DNA of 63,714 nt, counting the filler, from Folioceros fuciformis (Eukaryota), in the NCBI GenBank assembly GCA_049999805.1. It is 14 parts of 14 records of this genome, joined end to end, with 100 filler letters (N's around TTAATTAATTAA, not from the genome) between each part and the next. Parts side by side here need not be neighbours in the genome. Positions count along the whole stretch, not along the records: positions 51,098 to 52,435 come from JBNGIO010000869.1; positions 52,536 to 55,581 come from JBNGIO010000870.1; positions 55,682 to 61,531 come from JBNGIO010000871.1; positions 61,632 to 63,714 come from JBNGIO010000884.1; 10 more parts are not named here. The stretch is one strand, 5' to 3'. The notes below the pieces were generated by a model. It did no database searches. It was not told where the DNA came from and saw only the letters and a list, made by a program, of their open reading frames with translations. A program made the position numbers and the translations under genes. Below are positions 51,916-62,074 of the stretch, piece after piece. The stretch's first letter is position 1. Every line of letters begins with the position of its first letter.

Positions 51916-52435
51916 CTCCTCATACTTCTCCTCATCTACAGGTAGAGGCCTAGAAGCAGCCCTCACAAACTATTCCATGCTGAATGAGTCGCAATTCACC
52001 TGCGAAGATCGCTCAGCGTAGCCCGCACGCGAAGACTTCTCCTCTTGAGGTTCGTACTTGGGCACTCCAGCTCGTTCGAGTCTCGCAACCCGCTGCATCA
52101 CACAAACAACCAGGCCAAACAAGAGCTGAAGTAGCCACCATACACTGGAGAAGAGGCTCAGTGTCATCTGCATTAGCGCATGCAAGACTGAAGACATGGC
52201 TAGATAGTCAACAAGTGCACTTCATATCCGTGATAAGTAGCGAGGGGGAGTGTTGGAGAAAACTAGGTTTAAGTGCTGCCTGATACCTGTTACTGAATTA
52301 GGGCACGTTTCATAAACTCACTAGTTAAACATAGCTTAGAGGTTCGAACAGTTAAGTAGGTTACTCAAGTTACTAACCGATTAATCACGGTTATAACTAA
52401 ATACACTTTGTATTTAAGTCGTATCATTAATGCTC
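51916..52435 (+). mobile_element. LTR retrotransposon 3' end (PPT 52240-52250, LTR from 52251), same family as 23568-24170
   Basis: GCGAGGGGGAG/TGTTGGAG; shares the antisense ORF. Confidence 0.75.
51925..52197 (-). CDS. Conserved antisense accessory ORF next to the PPT, copy 2 (one premature stop at 51970)
   Basis: MSSVLHALMQMTLSLFSSVWWLLQLLFGLVVCV...SME*FVRAASRPLPVDEE aligns with 23819-24100. Confidence 0.6.
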
Positions 52436-54478
52436 NNNNNNNNNNNNNNNNNNNNNNNNNNNNNNNNNNNNNNNNNNNNTTAATTAATTAANNNNNNNNN
52501 NNNNNNNNNNNNNNNNNNNNNNNNNNNNNNNNNNNTTGGAGTAAGGCTTAAGTCAATTATCTCAAGATGGAAAATACAACAAAGGTTCTCACAACTTCTT
52601 CAAGGTTTCAAACATGAGGATTAGTAAAAATAAGCTAATATTCACACTAAAAAGGTATTAAAAAGGATTAAAATGATAAAAAAAAGATAATTAAAAAATG
52701 AAATAAAATTTATAAATTTGGAGGAAGTGTTGCACACTTGTGTGTGTTAGTTCCTAAAGAAAAAAAAAGGATTTTTTTAATTTTTATAATATTGTTTTGA
52801 AGTTATGTGAACTTTGTACAAGTAAGAGTGTATTTGGAGTTGGTTGGTGCACAATTGTTCACCCCAACCAACTCTTGGGGTGCCATTGTGTGGGGTAACC
52901 GGCTTCCAATGTGTAGTTCTTTGTGCCATTTGGGTCTAGAACGCGTCAACTCGTTCTCTATGCGCACTTGTGAGCACCAGCTAATTCTTGGCACACACTT
53001 GTGAGCCAAACCTCATAATCTGTTCTTTGGTGGATCCTATTGGACTCTACAACAAGATGAAGAATACAAGGAGAAAAGGATTTTCAGCAATTTTAAAGAG
53101 CATATCAATGTCGTACATAAAAAGAAACAACTCCACGCTTCGCAATGCAAACTTGCATTGGAAGACAATGATGCAAAATTCTCATCATTCCAAGTTCCAA
53201 ATAGTAAGTAGAAGGTAATGTATTATATTGTTATTGGTGATCTTTAAGAGATGACAACGTATCTTAGTAAAGGACCCTATAAGTTGTTAATTCAAGATAT
53301 GCCTCTAAGTAAATTTTCTAGATATAGGACAAGGAACTAACAATAGAAGACTTGGAAGAGATAATGAAAGGCTCTTTCTAAGTCATAGAAAGTAAGACTT
53401 TTCAAGTCATACTTAACCATAGCCCATATGAGATACTATTTTCAGTTGGTGTTTGTACAATGGAGTGTGTGTGGAGGAGTGCATACCATGGTTTGGGAGA
53501 AGGATAATGTTTTAGAGCTTAGGGTGTCCTCTTACGTAAGAACATCCTATGTTGCATGCAAAAAAGGGTAGAAAAGAGGTAGCTGCCAGACAATCCACAA
53601 AACCAAAGATCCAATTCTTCACATGGTTGAAGGAACTTGTGCTCCAATTGACCGATTGAAGATTATGAGCCAAACTCAAGGGTATTAAAAAATACCAAGG
53701 GAAAATCAAGAGATGTGAAATAAGAGAAGTCGAAACGTTTGGAAGGAATGTGAGAAGTCAGAACATTGCACATTGCCTATTGCATGATGCACAAACATTA
53801 AAAAAAAAAGTATGAAACTTTGGGGCACCGTTATTTGGGACCATGAAATACATACTATTCTAACAAAACTCTGGACGTGAAAGGTGAAAGTACATGCACT
53901 AAAGAACTATAAAACTTGCTCCTATACCACCTTGTTGGTATGCTTTCCCAAGTTGCTCCTATACCACCTTGTTGGTCTACTTTCCCATCCATACCGATGG
54001 CCATTAAGGCAAATATGGTCAGCAGACCCGTGCAGATGCGCAACCTGATGTACGGCGCAACCCGATGTACCGTGCCTTCATATCGACATACACGACACAC
54101 CAGCAACATTAGTTTGTGGTTCCCGCCGCATACTCGGGTTTTTGCACCCGTTCTATGTACTTGTATTTCCATACCCGGCTTTCCATACTTGGGATGGAAG
54201 GATTTCAAACCCGTCGGTTTGAAGTCCAGGTTTCAAATAAGCTTTTCAAAGTTGTGCACTTCTCATCGTGGGGGAACCGATCTAAAAAGAAAGCGGTGCA
54301 GATATGACAAGACACCTAATCTGCTGCCCGGTGCAGATGCAGTCGGCTGACTTCCTGGCGGTTTTCGTGTCCAAGAGGAGAGTGGGTGTGCTGGTTGAGA
54401 CTGAGTTTCGGGTTGCGAAGATGCGTAAACTCAGGATCTATTTGGTGGCATTAGGGCTGTTTTGGGAATTCTATCAGG

Positions 54479-55207
54479 ATGGCAGAACTCGCAATGGTTG
54501 TGGCCCAGGTCCTACTCAAGGTGGTTTTGCTGGCGCACGACTTGTGGGCTCCCAAAAGCCAGAGCTGTCAAGTGGCTGCGGAGCTGAGCCTGCTGGAGAA
54601 GAACTTGGAACAAAACATGATGGCGCCGGGCAGCAACCAGTTTTGTTGCAAGAACACAACAACTTGGGCTCTTGGAATGTGTCTTGCAAGCAGTTGTGTA
54701 GTTGTTTGCTGCCTATGATACTGGTGTATGTGGTGCAGTCACTGATGAGAGTGAACTTGTGTCTACCATTTTGTAGGGGCCTTGGAACAGGAACTTCGGC
54801 ACACAATCAAGGATGGGCACAAAATTCTAGGCATGGGGTTTCTGGAGGCGCACTGGGACGCCAACCAGATACTTTCTAAACTACACTCGCTCCGACAGCG
54901 TGTGATGATTTTCTTTCAAACCATGCTGTTCATTACTTTCCTCGAAGTATGCAGCCTGTGTGTAGCCTTTTGATGACAATGATGCTCCTTCGTAGCACCG
55001 TGTTTTTATTTCTCTACTGTGTGCATGAGGCGTCAAGTGGTAGTGAAGAGCATGGCACAGCGGGACGAGTTCCAGTTGGCTCTGTCGCAGCTACAGACTA
55101 TGCTCAAAACCTACACTGGGACCTCTTCGTCAACATCCCATAAGGCTCTTCGACAGCAGTTGCCGAATTCTCACCTTCTAAAACCAGAAGAGGATTCTGA
55201 CCCATAA
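54479..55207 (+). CDS. Putative three-exon gene for a small helical protein, weakly RPW8/HeLo-like
   Basis: Three same-strand helical ORF pieces (54479-, 54777-, ~55030-55207) separated by short T-rich intron-like gaps. Acceptor TTGTAG at 54776; donor sites are uncertain. Confidence 0.35.
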
Positions 55208-55315
55208 GGCTCTTCGACAGCAGTTGCCGAATTCTCACCTTCTGAAACCAGAAGAGGATTCTGATCCATAAGGCTCTTCGACACTAGTTGCCGAATTCAG
55301 AAGAGGATTCTGACC
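55139..55315. repeat. Tandem repeat with 64-bp period (2 full units plus 1 internally deleted unit)
   Basis: CATAAGGCTCTTCGACAGCAGTTGCCGAATTC... at 55139, 55203 and 55267. Confidence 0.9.
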
Positions 55316-55681
55316 TCTAAGACAAACAGCGTAATTAACCCGATCAAAACTGAGTGCTATCTGTTATCTTCTCTCAGCACCCTACAAAAGTGGATTGGTC
55401 AAGTTCTAAAACCAAAAGCCTATTTCAACTCATCAATCCACTCTTTATCAACTGCCTATGTTCCACCTCACCGTCTTTTTCTTCTTATACACAACTTCCT
55501 CCAAACCAACATATCGTTTTAGTCTATTTGTGCCCTCATTCTCAGCAAAAGTTTCCAACACTTGTTTCCGTTGAGGTTGTTNNNNNNNNNNNNNNNNNNN
55601 NNNNNNNNNNNNNNNNNNNNNNNNNTTAATTAATTAANNNNNNNNNNNNNNNNNNNNNNNNNNNNNNNNNNNNNNNNNNNN

Positions 55682-55865
55682 AAGGCTCCTGGAGTGACCA
55701 TGGTGCAATGCGCTCGAGGGAAGGCTCCCTCCAGGAAAGTGCGGAATGCACCTGATCGTCAACATGCTCTTGGTCACCAAAACGGACCATATAGCTGATG
55801 GGGTGGTATTGCTTCTCTACGGACTGGCGAAAGGCACCCGGGTGGATTGGGAGAAAGTGGTAGGC
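55682..55865 (+). mobile_element. Fragment of the gypsy accessory ORF family, abutting and truncating the PPR pseudogene
   Basis: LIVNMLLVTKTDHIADGVVLLLYGLAKGTRVDWEK aligns with 41890-41998. Confidence 0.7.
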
Positions 55866-57698
55866 TCAATGATGCTCAATAATAGGCTCGATGCCATGCT
55901 GTTGAGCCATGGAGTCATAGAGCTTGCGACCCTCCTGCACCAGCCCGTCGTGACTGCAAGCCACTAGAAGGCAAGTAAAAGTTGCATCATCAGGCTGAAT
56001 GCCAGCGACCATCATCTCGTCGAAGCAAGTTAGTGCCTGGTGAGCTTCATCACAAGAGCCACAGCCAGATATGAGGGCATTCCATGTCACCAGGTCCTTG
56101 GTCATTTAGCTGTCAAAAGCCTGACGTGCATCGTCCAGTTCACCACATTTTGCATACATGTCTACCAGGCAGTAGCCGAGCGATACGTTGTCTACCCGTC
56201 CACGTTCTACGACCTGTGAGTGCAGATGCCTGCCCATCTGTACCGCGCCAGTGAGGGCACAGGACTTGAGAAGGCAAGCAAAAGTGACATCGTTAGCGAC
56301 ACTCAGGCCCTCCTGCTCCATTCGTGCGTACACAATGAGCGCCTCGTGCCCGAGTCCTTGCTGGGCGTAGCCAGCAATGAGTGCAGTCCATGACACCACA
56401 TTTTTGGTGGCCAAGCTTTCAAACACACTACGTGCGTCTTCCAGTTGGCCACATTTTGCATACATGTCTACCAGGAAGGTGGCCACCAGCAAGTCACCAA
56501 GCAAGCCTCTTTCCACCATGCGTGCGTGGAGCTGCCTGCCGCTCTGCAAGTCACCAGTGCTTGCACAGGCCTTGAGAAGGTACGCGAAAGTAACAGTGTC
56601 AGCCAAAATGAGGCCCTCTTGCTCCATCTGAGCATAGAGAAGAAGCGCCTCTTAGCCCAGCCCCCTCGGCGTGCATAGCCGCCAATGAGGGCGGTCCATG
56701 TCACAACACCCTTTCTGGTCAGGCTGTCAAAGGCTTAGCGTGCATCCTGCAGCTCGCCACATTTTGCATACATGTGCACCAGGCAGTTTCCAACGAAAAC
56801 GTTGGAAAGAATGCCACTGCGCAGGACATCATGGTGCACTTTTCTGCCAGATTCCAGGTCAGCGGCAAATGCACAAGCTTGGAGGGCTGCAACAAAGACG
56901 TGAGCATCCGGCTTCACTCCTGACCTGCCCCATCTCATGGTACAGTTGCACGGCCTCACTAGCTTTCCCATGCTTAGCATATGCAGAGATTATGGAATAC
57001 CACATGAAGGCATTTGGTGTAGGCACCCTGGTGAACACATTCATGGGCTCCGGCAGACAACCTCCGCATGCGTACATGCGCAAGATATGGTTCCTCAAGT
57101 ACGCATCCGACTCGTACCCGAGTTTGACAGCGAGGTGATGAAGTCGTCGGCCCACAACCACGCCCTTCTTGGCTGCAAACAATTTTAGCACAGCGTATAA
57201 CAGAGAGTGAGAAGTAGCAGAATGTGTGTGCGCCAGAGACTCGAGAGCAGCAACGGCCTGAAAAAGATTCCCCTGCTGACATAAAATGGTGACGGTTCCA
57301 GGCGTTACCGATCCTGTAAGCCTCCTGGCCTCCTCAGGCTTATTCTTGTCCTTGAAGGTGAGATTGGAAGGAGAGGCACAATGAGGCCTGTGCGTGTCCA
57401 AGGAAAGCAGGTGGTGATCGACCCAACGTGGCTTCCACATGCTGTTTAACCACAGGACCTCGCCGGAACCCTTGCGACGGAAGTCAGGCGAACGGGAGCT
57501 CTTCTTGTCTCGTCTGTTGTCCCACCACATGGTAGGGTCCAGAAAGTATTGTTGCCACAAGAGCTCCTGCTGCTGCTCCTCCTGGCCACGGCCATCGGAA
57601 GAGTATCCTGGTCCACCCACACATTTTCTGGGGAGCGAAAGTGCTGTGCTCCTTACCCTGGTGAACCTGGAGGCTTGGTTGTTGGCCGGGTTTAGGGT
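55866..57698 (-). pseudogene. PDF-motif + PLS-PPR pseudogene, paralogue of 58393-61062
   Basis: PDF motif WQQYFLDPTMWWDNRRDKKSSRSPDFRRKGSGEVLWL (57396-57557), then P-L-S repeats up to L2. Frameshifts near 56930 and 56660, stops at 56735 and 56106. Cut before the E/DYW domains. Confidence 0.88.
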
Positions 57699-58392
57699 TT
57701 AGTCCATGGCGCGAGGGGAGCGGGTGCTTCTCGTACTCCTACGATTCCAGGTCCAGATCCAATTTCTTGGATCGACAAGGGGTCCAGCTGCCATACTTCA
57801 GGGATCGCTGCCGACACACCAGTGACACGACAGAGCATGCAGCCATGCCCCAGCCTTGATGTTGCCCTTGGACCACATCATCCGGGCAGGTTCCCAAGGC
57901 CCCAGACCAGCCCGGACCAGCCCAGCCCAGCCCCCGGAATCCCCGGAGGCCCTCAATGCAAACCAGTGAAGCCTGTAGCCTGCCAATCACAAGAATGAAG
58001 ATCGAGAGCACCACCAGTCAGTCCCCATCAACCACCATCCAGATAAGCCCACGGCGCCATACAGACCTGCCCTGCCGTCCTTTGCCAACAAGTGCGAAGG
58101 CGACCCCTTCGTTTCATGAAATAGTCCACCTTCGCATTCTTTTCTTGTGGGATGCAAGTACTGTCCTGCAAGTCAGGTTCGATAGGGGCCTCATGCTCGG
58201 TGTGGAAGAAGCACCGTCTTCCAAGATTCTGCAAGGCAGGCCATTTGGGGACTCCTTGTCTTAGATATGGAGGCCCGAGCTTGAGTGCTCGCTTTGCTTT
58301 TCAGCAGCTTGGCTTTACTGGCTTCGTCCTCGTGGAGTGTAGGACCTTCAAGCAACCCTGGCCTGGCTGTGGGCTTCGTGCGCGTACAGAGG

Positions 58393-61062
58393 ATGCGCTT
58401 GCGAGCGGCCTTTGTCTTGCCCATGCAACTCCAACAGCGCTCCCTGTGCGATGGCCACAGTGTGGCAACCGGATCCCATCCATTTTGGACCCACCAAATT
58501 GGTGTGTCCACTTACTCACTGTCAGGCATTGTAGTCTCAGGAGGAGCTCCTGCTGCCCTCAGCCTAGGGAGTCGGAGTCCACCCCTGGCAAACAAAGCCA
58601 TCGTAAGGAGCCCAATACTTCCAATTCCCGCGAAGTTTGTGGATGGGCATGGGTCTCCCAGCGACGCGCGTTGCCTGGGGCAGGCACACACATGGCAACT
58701 GTTTCTTCTGGAGCCCACCATGTGGTGGGATAGCAGACCAGAGAAGAAGCGCTCCCGTGTGCCTGACTTCCGTCGTCACGGGTCCCCTCAGCTGCTGTGC
58801 CTGAACAACATGCGTAAGCCACCTTGCCTTCATCAGCAGCAGCTGGTCTCCTTGGACCATGCTGCCTCTCCGTTCCAGTCCAGCTCTCCGGACCAGCCTA
58901 AACCTGGCAGGCGTGGGCAATCGCAAGTCACCGTCGTTACTGATGTCACCGTGAGGACGTTATGTCAGCAGGGGAAGCTTTCTGAGGCCGTTGGAGCGCT
59001 GGAGTCTCTTGCGCAGAAGGACTCTGCAATTTCGTACTCTCTCTTGTACACTCTGCTGAAACTGTGTACAGCTAACAAGGATTTGGTTGTAGGCCGTCGA
59101 CTTCATCGTCTCATTGCCAAACTTGGGTACGATTCCAGCTCATTCTTGGGGAACCATATCTTGCGCATGTATGCATGTGAAGGGAGGCTGCAGGAGGCCA
59201 TGGATGTGTTCACCAGGGTTCCCAAACCAAACGTCTTCATGTGGTTTTCCATAATTTCTGCACATGCTAAGCTCGGGAAACCTCACCAAGCCATACAACT
59301 TTACCATGAGATGCGTAGGTCAGACGTGAAGGTGGATGCTCACGTCTTCGTAGCTGCCCTTCAAGCCTGTGCACTCGCCGCTGACTTGGAATCTGGCAGG
59401 AGAGTGCACTGCGACGTGCTCCACAGTGGTATTCCTACTAACTTGTTTGTTGGCAACTGCCTCGTGGACATGTACGCTAAATGTGGTGAAGTGAAAGAGG
59501 CACGCCAGGTTTTTGACAGCATGGCCACGAAGGATGTGATCACATGGAATGCCCTGATTGCTGGGTATGCACGCCAAGGATTTGGCCAAGAGGCGCTTCT
59601 TGTGCATGCACAAATGGAGGAGGCGGGCCTCATGTTGGCTGATCGAGTTACTTTTGCTTGCCTTCTCAAGGCCTGTGGAAGCACTGGTGCCTTACAGAAG
59701 GGCATGCAATTGCACTCGCAGATGGTTGATAAAGGACTGCTGGATGATGTAATCCTGGGCACGTGCCTGGTGGACATGTATGTCAAATGTGGTGAACTGC
59801 AAGATGCACGCCAGCTTTTTGACACCTTGGCCTCGAAGGACGTGGTTACATGGACGGTGCTCATTGCTGGGTATGCACAGCAAGGACTCGGCCAAGAGTC
59901 GCTTCTTCTGTACGGACAGATGGAGGAGGCAGGCCCTATTTTGGCTAACCACGTTACTTTTGCTTGCCTTCTCAAGGCCTGTGCAAGCACTGGTGCCTTA
60001 CAGATGGGCAGGCATCTGCACTCACTGATTGTCAAAAGAGGGCTGCTGGGTATTGTGGTGTTGGGCACGTGCCTGGTGGACATGTATGCAAAATGTGGTG
60101 AACTGGAAGATGCACGCCGGGTTTTTGACACCATGGCCTCAAAGGATGTGGTGACATGGACCGCCCTGATATCTGGCTACGGCAATTGTGACGAAGGTCA
60201 TAAGGCACTAGCTTGCTTTGAGGAGATGTTAGTTGCTGGTGTTCAGCCTAATGATGCTACTTTTACTTGTCTTCTTGTAGCATGCAGTCACGAGGGACTG
60301 GTCCACGAGGGTCGCTTGCACTTCCATTCCATGGCTGAACAGTATGGCATTGAACCTGCTATTGAGCATTACGTTTGCATGGTCGATCTTCTCGGGCGTG
60401 CTGGCCATTTAGATGAGGCAGAGAAGATGCTATCAACGTGTGAGGGCCAAAGTAATGTTGTGGTCATGACCACTTTGCTGAATGCCTGCAAAAGTCACGG
60501 GGACATAGAGAGGGCACTGTGGTGTTTTGAAAGCATTGTTAGGCTGGATCCCCTCTGGGCGCCTGCGTATGTGCTCATGGCCAACGCGTATGCAGATGCA
60601 GGTAGATGGACCGATGTACACAGAGTTGAAACGCAAAGAAGGGTAGCAGGAGCTAACAAGTTGCCTGCAGTAGCCAGCATTGAGGTGAACAAGGCGGTAC
60701 ATAGATTTCTGGTTGGAGAAAGCAGAGGGAATATTTCGTGCAAGGTAGAGAGCACGAATGCACGTCTGAAGCAGGAAGGTGGCCACGTACCTCACACGAA
60801 ATTGGTGTTGAAGCCACTGTCTGAGAAGGAAAAGGAAGATGTTCTCTGTGGGCATGCTGAGAAACTAGCTCTTGCATTCGGTCTCTTGAACACTCCAAGT
60901 GGGACACCCCTGGTGATTACGAAGAACTTACGCATGTGCAGTGACTGCCACAGTTCCACGGAGATCATGTCAAGGCTTGAAGGCAGAGACATTGTTGTGA
61001 GGGATGGCTACCGCGTGCATCGATTCACAGCCGGTTGTTGCAGTTGTAAGGGTCGAGCGTGA
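58393..61062 (+). CDS. Intronless PLS-class PPR protein with N-terminal PDF motif and C-terminal DYW:KP (GRP-like) deaminase-fold domain; candidate organellar U-to-C editing factor
   Basis: First ATG at 58393 (889 aa). About 15 P/L/S repeats, then E1-E2, then KLPAVASIEV...GGHVP...LCGHAEKLA...KNLRMCSDCH...CSCKGRA. Confidence 0.93.
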   Translation: MRLRAAFVLPMQLQQRSLCDGHSVATGSHPFWTHQIGVSTYSLSGIVVSGGAPAALSLGSRSPPLANKAIVRSPILPIPAKFVDGHGSPSDARCLGQAHTWQLFLLEPTMWWDSRPEKKRSRVPDFRRHGSPQLLCLNNMRKPPCLHQQQLVSLDHAASPFQSSSPDQPKPGRRGQSQVTVVTDVTVRTLCQQGKLSEAVGALESLAQKDSAISYSLLYTLLKLCTANKDLVVGRRLHRLIAKLGYDSSSFLGNHILRMYACEGRLQEAMDVFTRVPKPNVFMWFSIISAHAKLGKPHQAIQLYHEMRRSDVKVDAHVFVAALQACALAADLESGRRVHCDVLHSGIPTNLFVGNCLVDMYAKCGEVKEARQVFDSMATKDVITWNALIAGYARQGFGQEALLVHAQMEEAGLMLADRVTFACLLKACGSTGALQKGMQLHSQMVDKGLLDDVILGTCLVDMYVKCGELQDARQLFDTLASKDVVTWTVLIAGYAQQGLGQESLLLYGQMEEAGPILANHVTFACLLKACASTGALQMGRHLHSLIVKRGLLGIVVLGTCLVDMYAKCGELEDARRVFDTMASKDVVTWTALISGYGNCDEGHKALACFEEMLVAGVQPNDATFTCLLVACSHEGLVHEGRLHFHSMAEQYGIEPAIEHYVCMVDLLGRAGHLDEAEKMLSTCEGQSNVVVMTTLLNACKSHGDIERALWCFESIVRLDPLWAPAYVLMANAYADAGRWTDVHRVETQRRVAGANKLPAVASIEVNKAVHRFLVGESRGNISCKVESTNARLKQEGGHVPHTKLVLKPLSEKEKEDVLCGHAEKLALAFGLLNTPSGTPLVITKNLRMCSDCHSSTEIMSRLEGRDIVVRDGYRVHRFTAGCCSCKGRA

Positions 61063-61077
61063 GAATGATAAAAAAGG

Positions 61078-61136
61078 GTCGCCAGTGCTCGATAGAAAGT
61101 GTCGCCAGTGCTCGATAGAAAGTGTCGCCAGTGCTC
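61078..61136. repeat. Tandem repeat, about 2.6 x 23 bp, just after the PPR stop codon
   Basis: GTCGCCAGTGCTCGATAGAAAGT units. Confidence 0.85.
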
Positions 61137-61631
61137 TTTCGGGTGATTGTGCTTGCTGGGAAATGGACATGGACAAGTCCATTTTTTTTCTCAACTGAGA
61201 CGTGGACATGGATAATCCTGGCCTCCTGTCAGCACAATAGAAAGAAGCAGGAACGAGTTGCACGGGGTGAAGTCCGTGCTCTCGTGTGGACTCGCTTGGG
61301 ATCTGGCCGGCTCTTGGAGGTCAGGGATGAGGACCCGAGTGCAGGCCTGGGATCTTGGCTCAGATCCTGTGGAATGGGAGCTGTGCTTGCTGGATTCAGG
61401 TTGCAGTGCTGCGAGAGAGCTGCTTCGCAAGTCTTTTCAGTTCTCCTGATGTGGCTATTGGAGCAAACTCGCCAACCTGCAAGGCACCTCCAGTGCTCTC
61501 CGTGTGAGAGTTGTTCTAGGTTGCCTGTCCANNNNNNNNNNNNNNNNNNNNNNNNNNNNNNNNNNNNNNNNNNNNTTAATTAATTAANNNNNNNNNNNNN
61601 NNNNNNNNNNNNNNNNNNNNNNNNNNNNNNN

Positions 61632-62074
61632 GCATCTAAGAGCAGATCATTGAGTAGTCTACTAATGTAATCTGCCCTAGCAGCCCAAGGAGATGAAGAG
61701 ACAGGCTGTATACGCCTACCACTCCTTCTAGGCATTTTAAGCATAGGAACAAGAGTCTAATGTGCCTATCAGATTGCTAGGACACCAGAGTAGACACACT
61801 AGACCCAACATATTTGACAATCACATGGCAAAAAGCATATGTAAAAGTAGTACAGCGGAAGACTCAGAGCATCGAGAGGTCTGATACCATGTTATTTTAT
61901 GCATTTGTTTAAGGATAATTTAGACAAAGAATACTTGAGACAATGTAGTAAAAGAGCTTGATTCAATTAATACAAAATTGTAGCTTTTATAGTGTCAAGT
62001 TTGTAAAACCCAAAAGTCACGTGTTTAACCGAGTTAGGTTAATCCAACCAATGGTTACCTAAATAACCTTAACA
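61632..62074 (-). mobile_element. 5' LTR (61890-62074) and iMet-like PBS of an LTR element inserted in the gypsy accessory ORF
   Basis: TGTTA...TAACA termini, followed directly by TGGTATCAGACC on the minus strand. Confidence 0.75.

Noticed and set aside
52536-53850. Possible DNA-transposon remnant in AT-rich DNA
   Set aside because: No transposase motif or terminal repeat could be identified with confidence.
56106-56737. Idea that TAA stops in the PPR paralogue are repaired by U-to-C editing
   Set aside because: It is a nuclear gene and U-to-C editing is organellar. The copy also has frameshifts and is truncated.
58285-58392. TTG-initiated N-terminal extension of the 925-aa PPR ORF
   Set aside because: A eukaryotic gene is expected to start at ATG; the first in-frame ATG is 58393 and gives a transit-peptide-like start.
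59361-60134. 257-aa ORF antisense to the PPR gene (and similar ones at 56188-56631)
   Set aside because: Shadow frame of repetitive PPR codons; no independent protein features.
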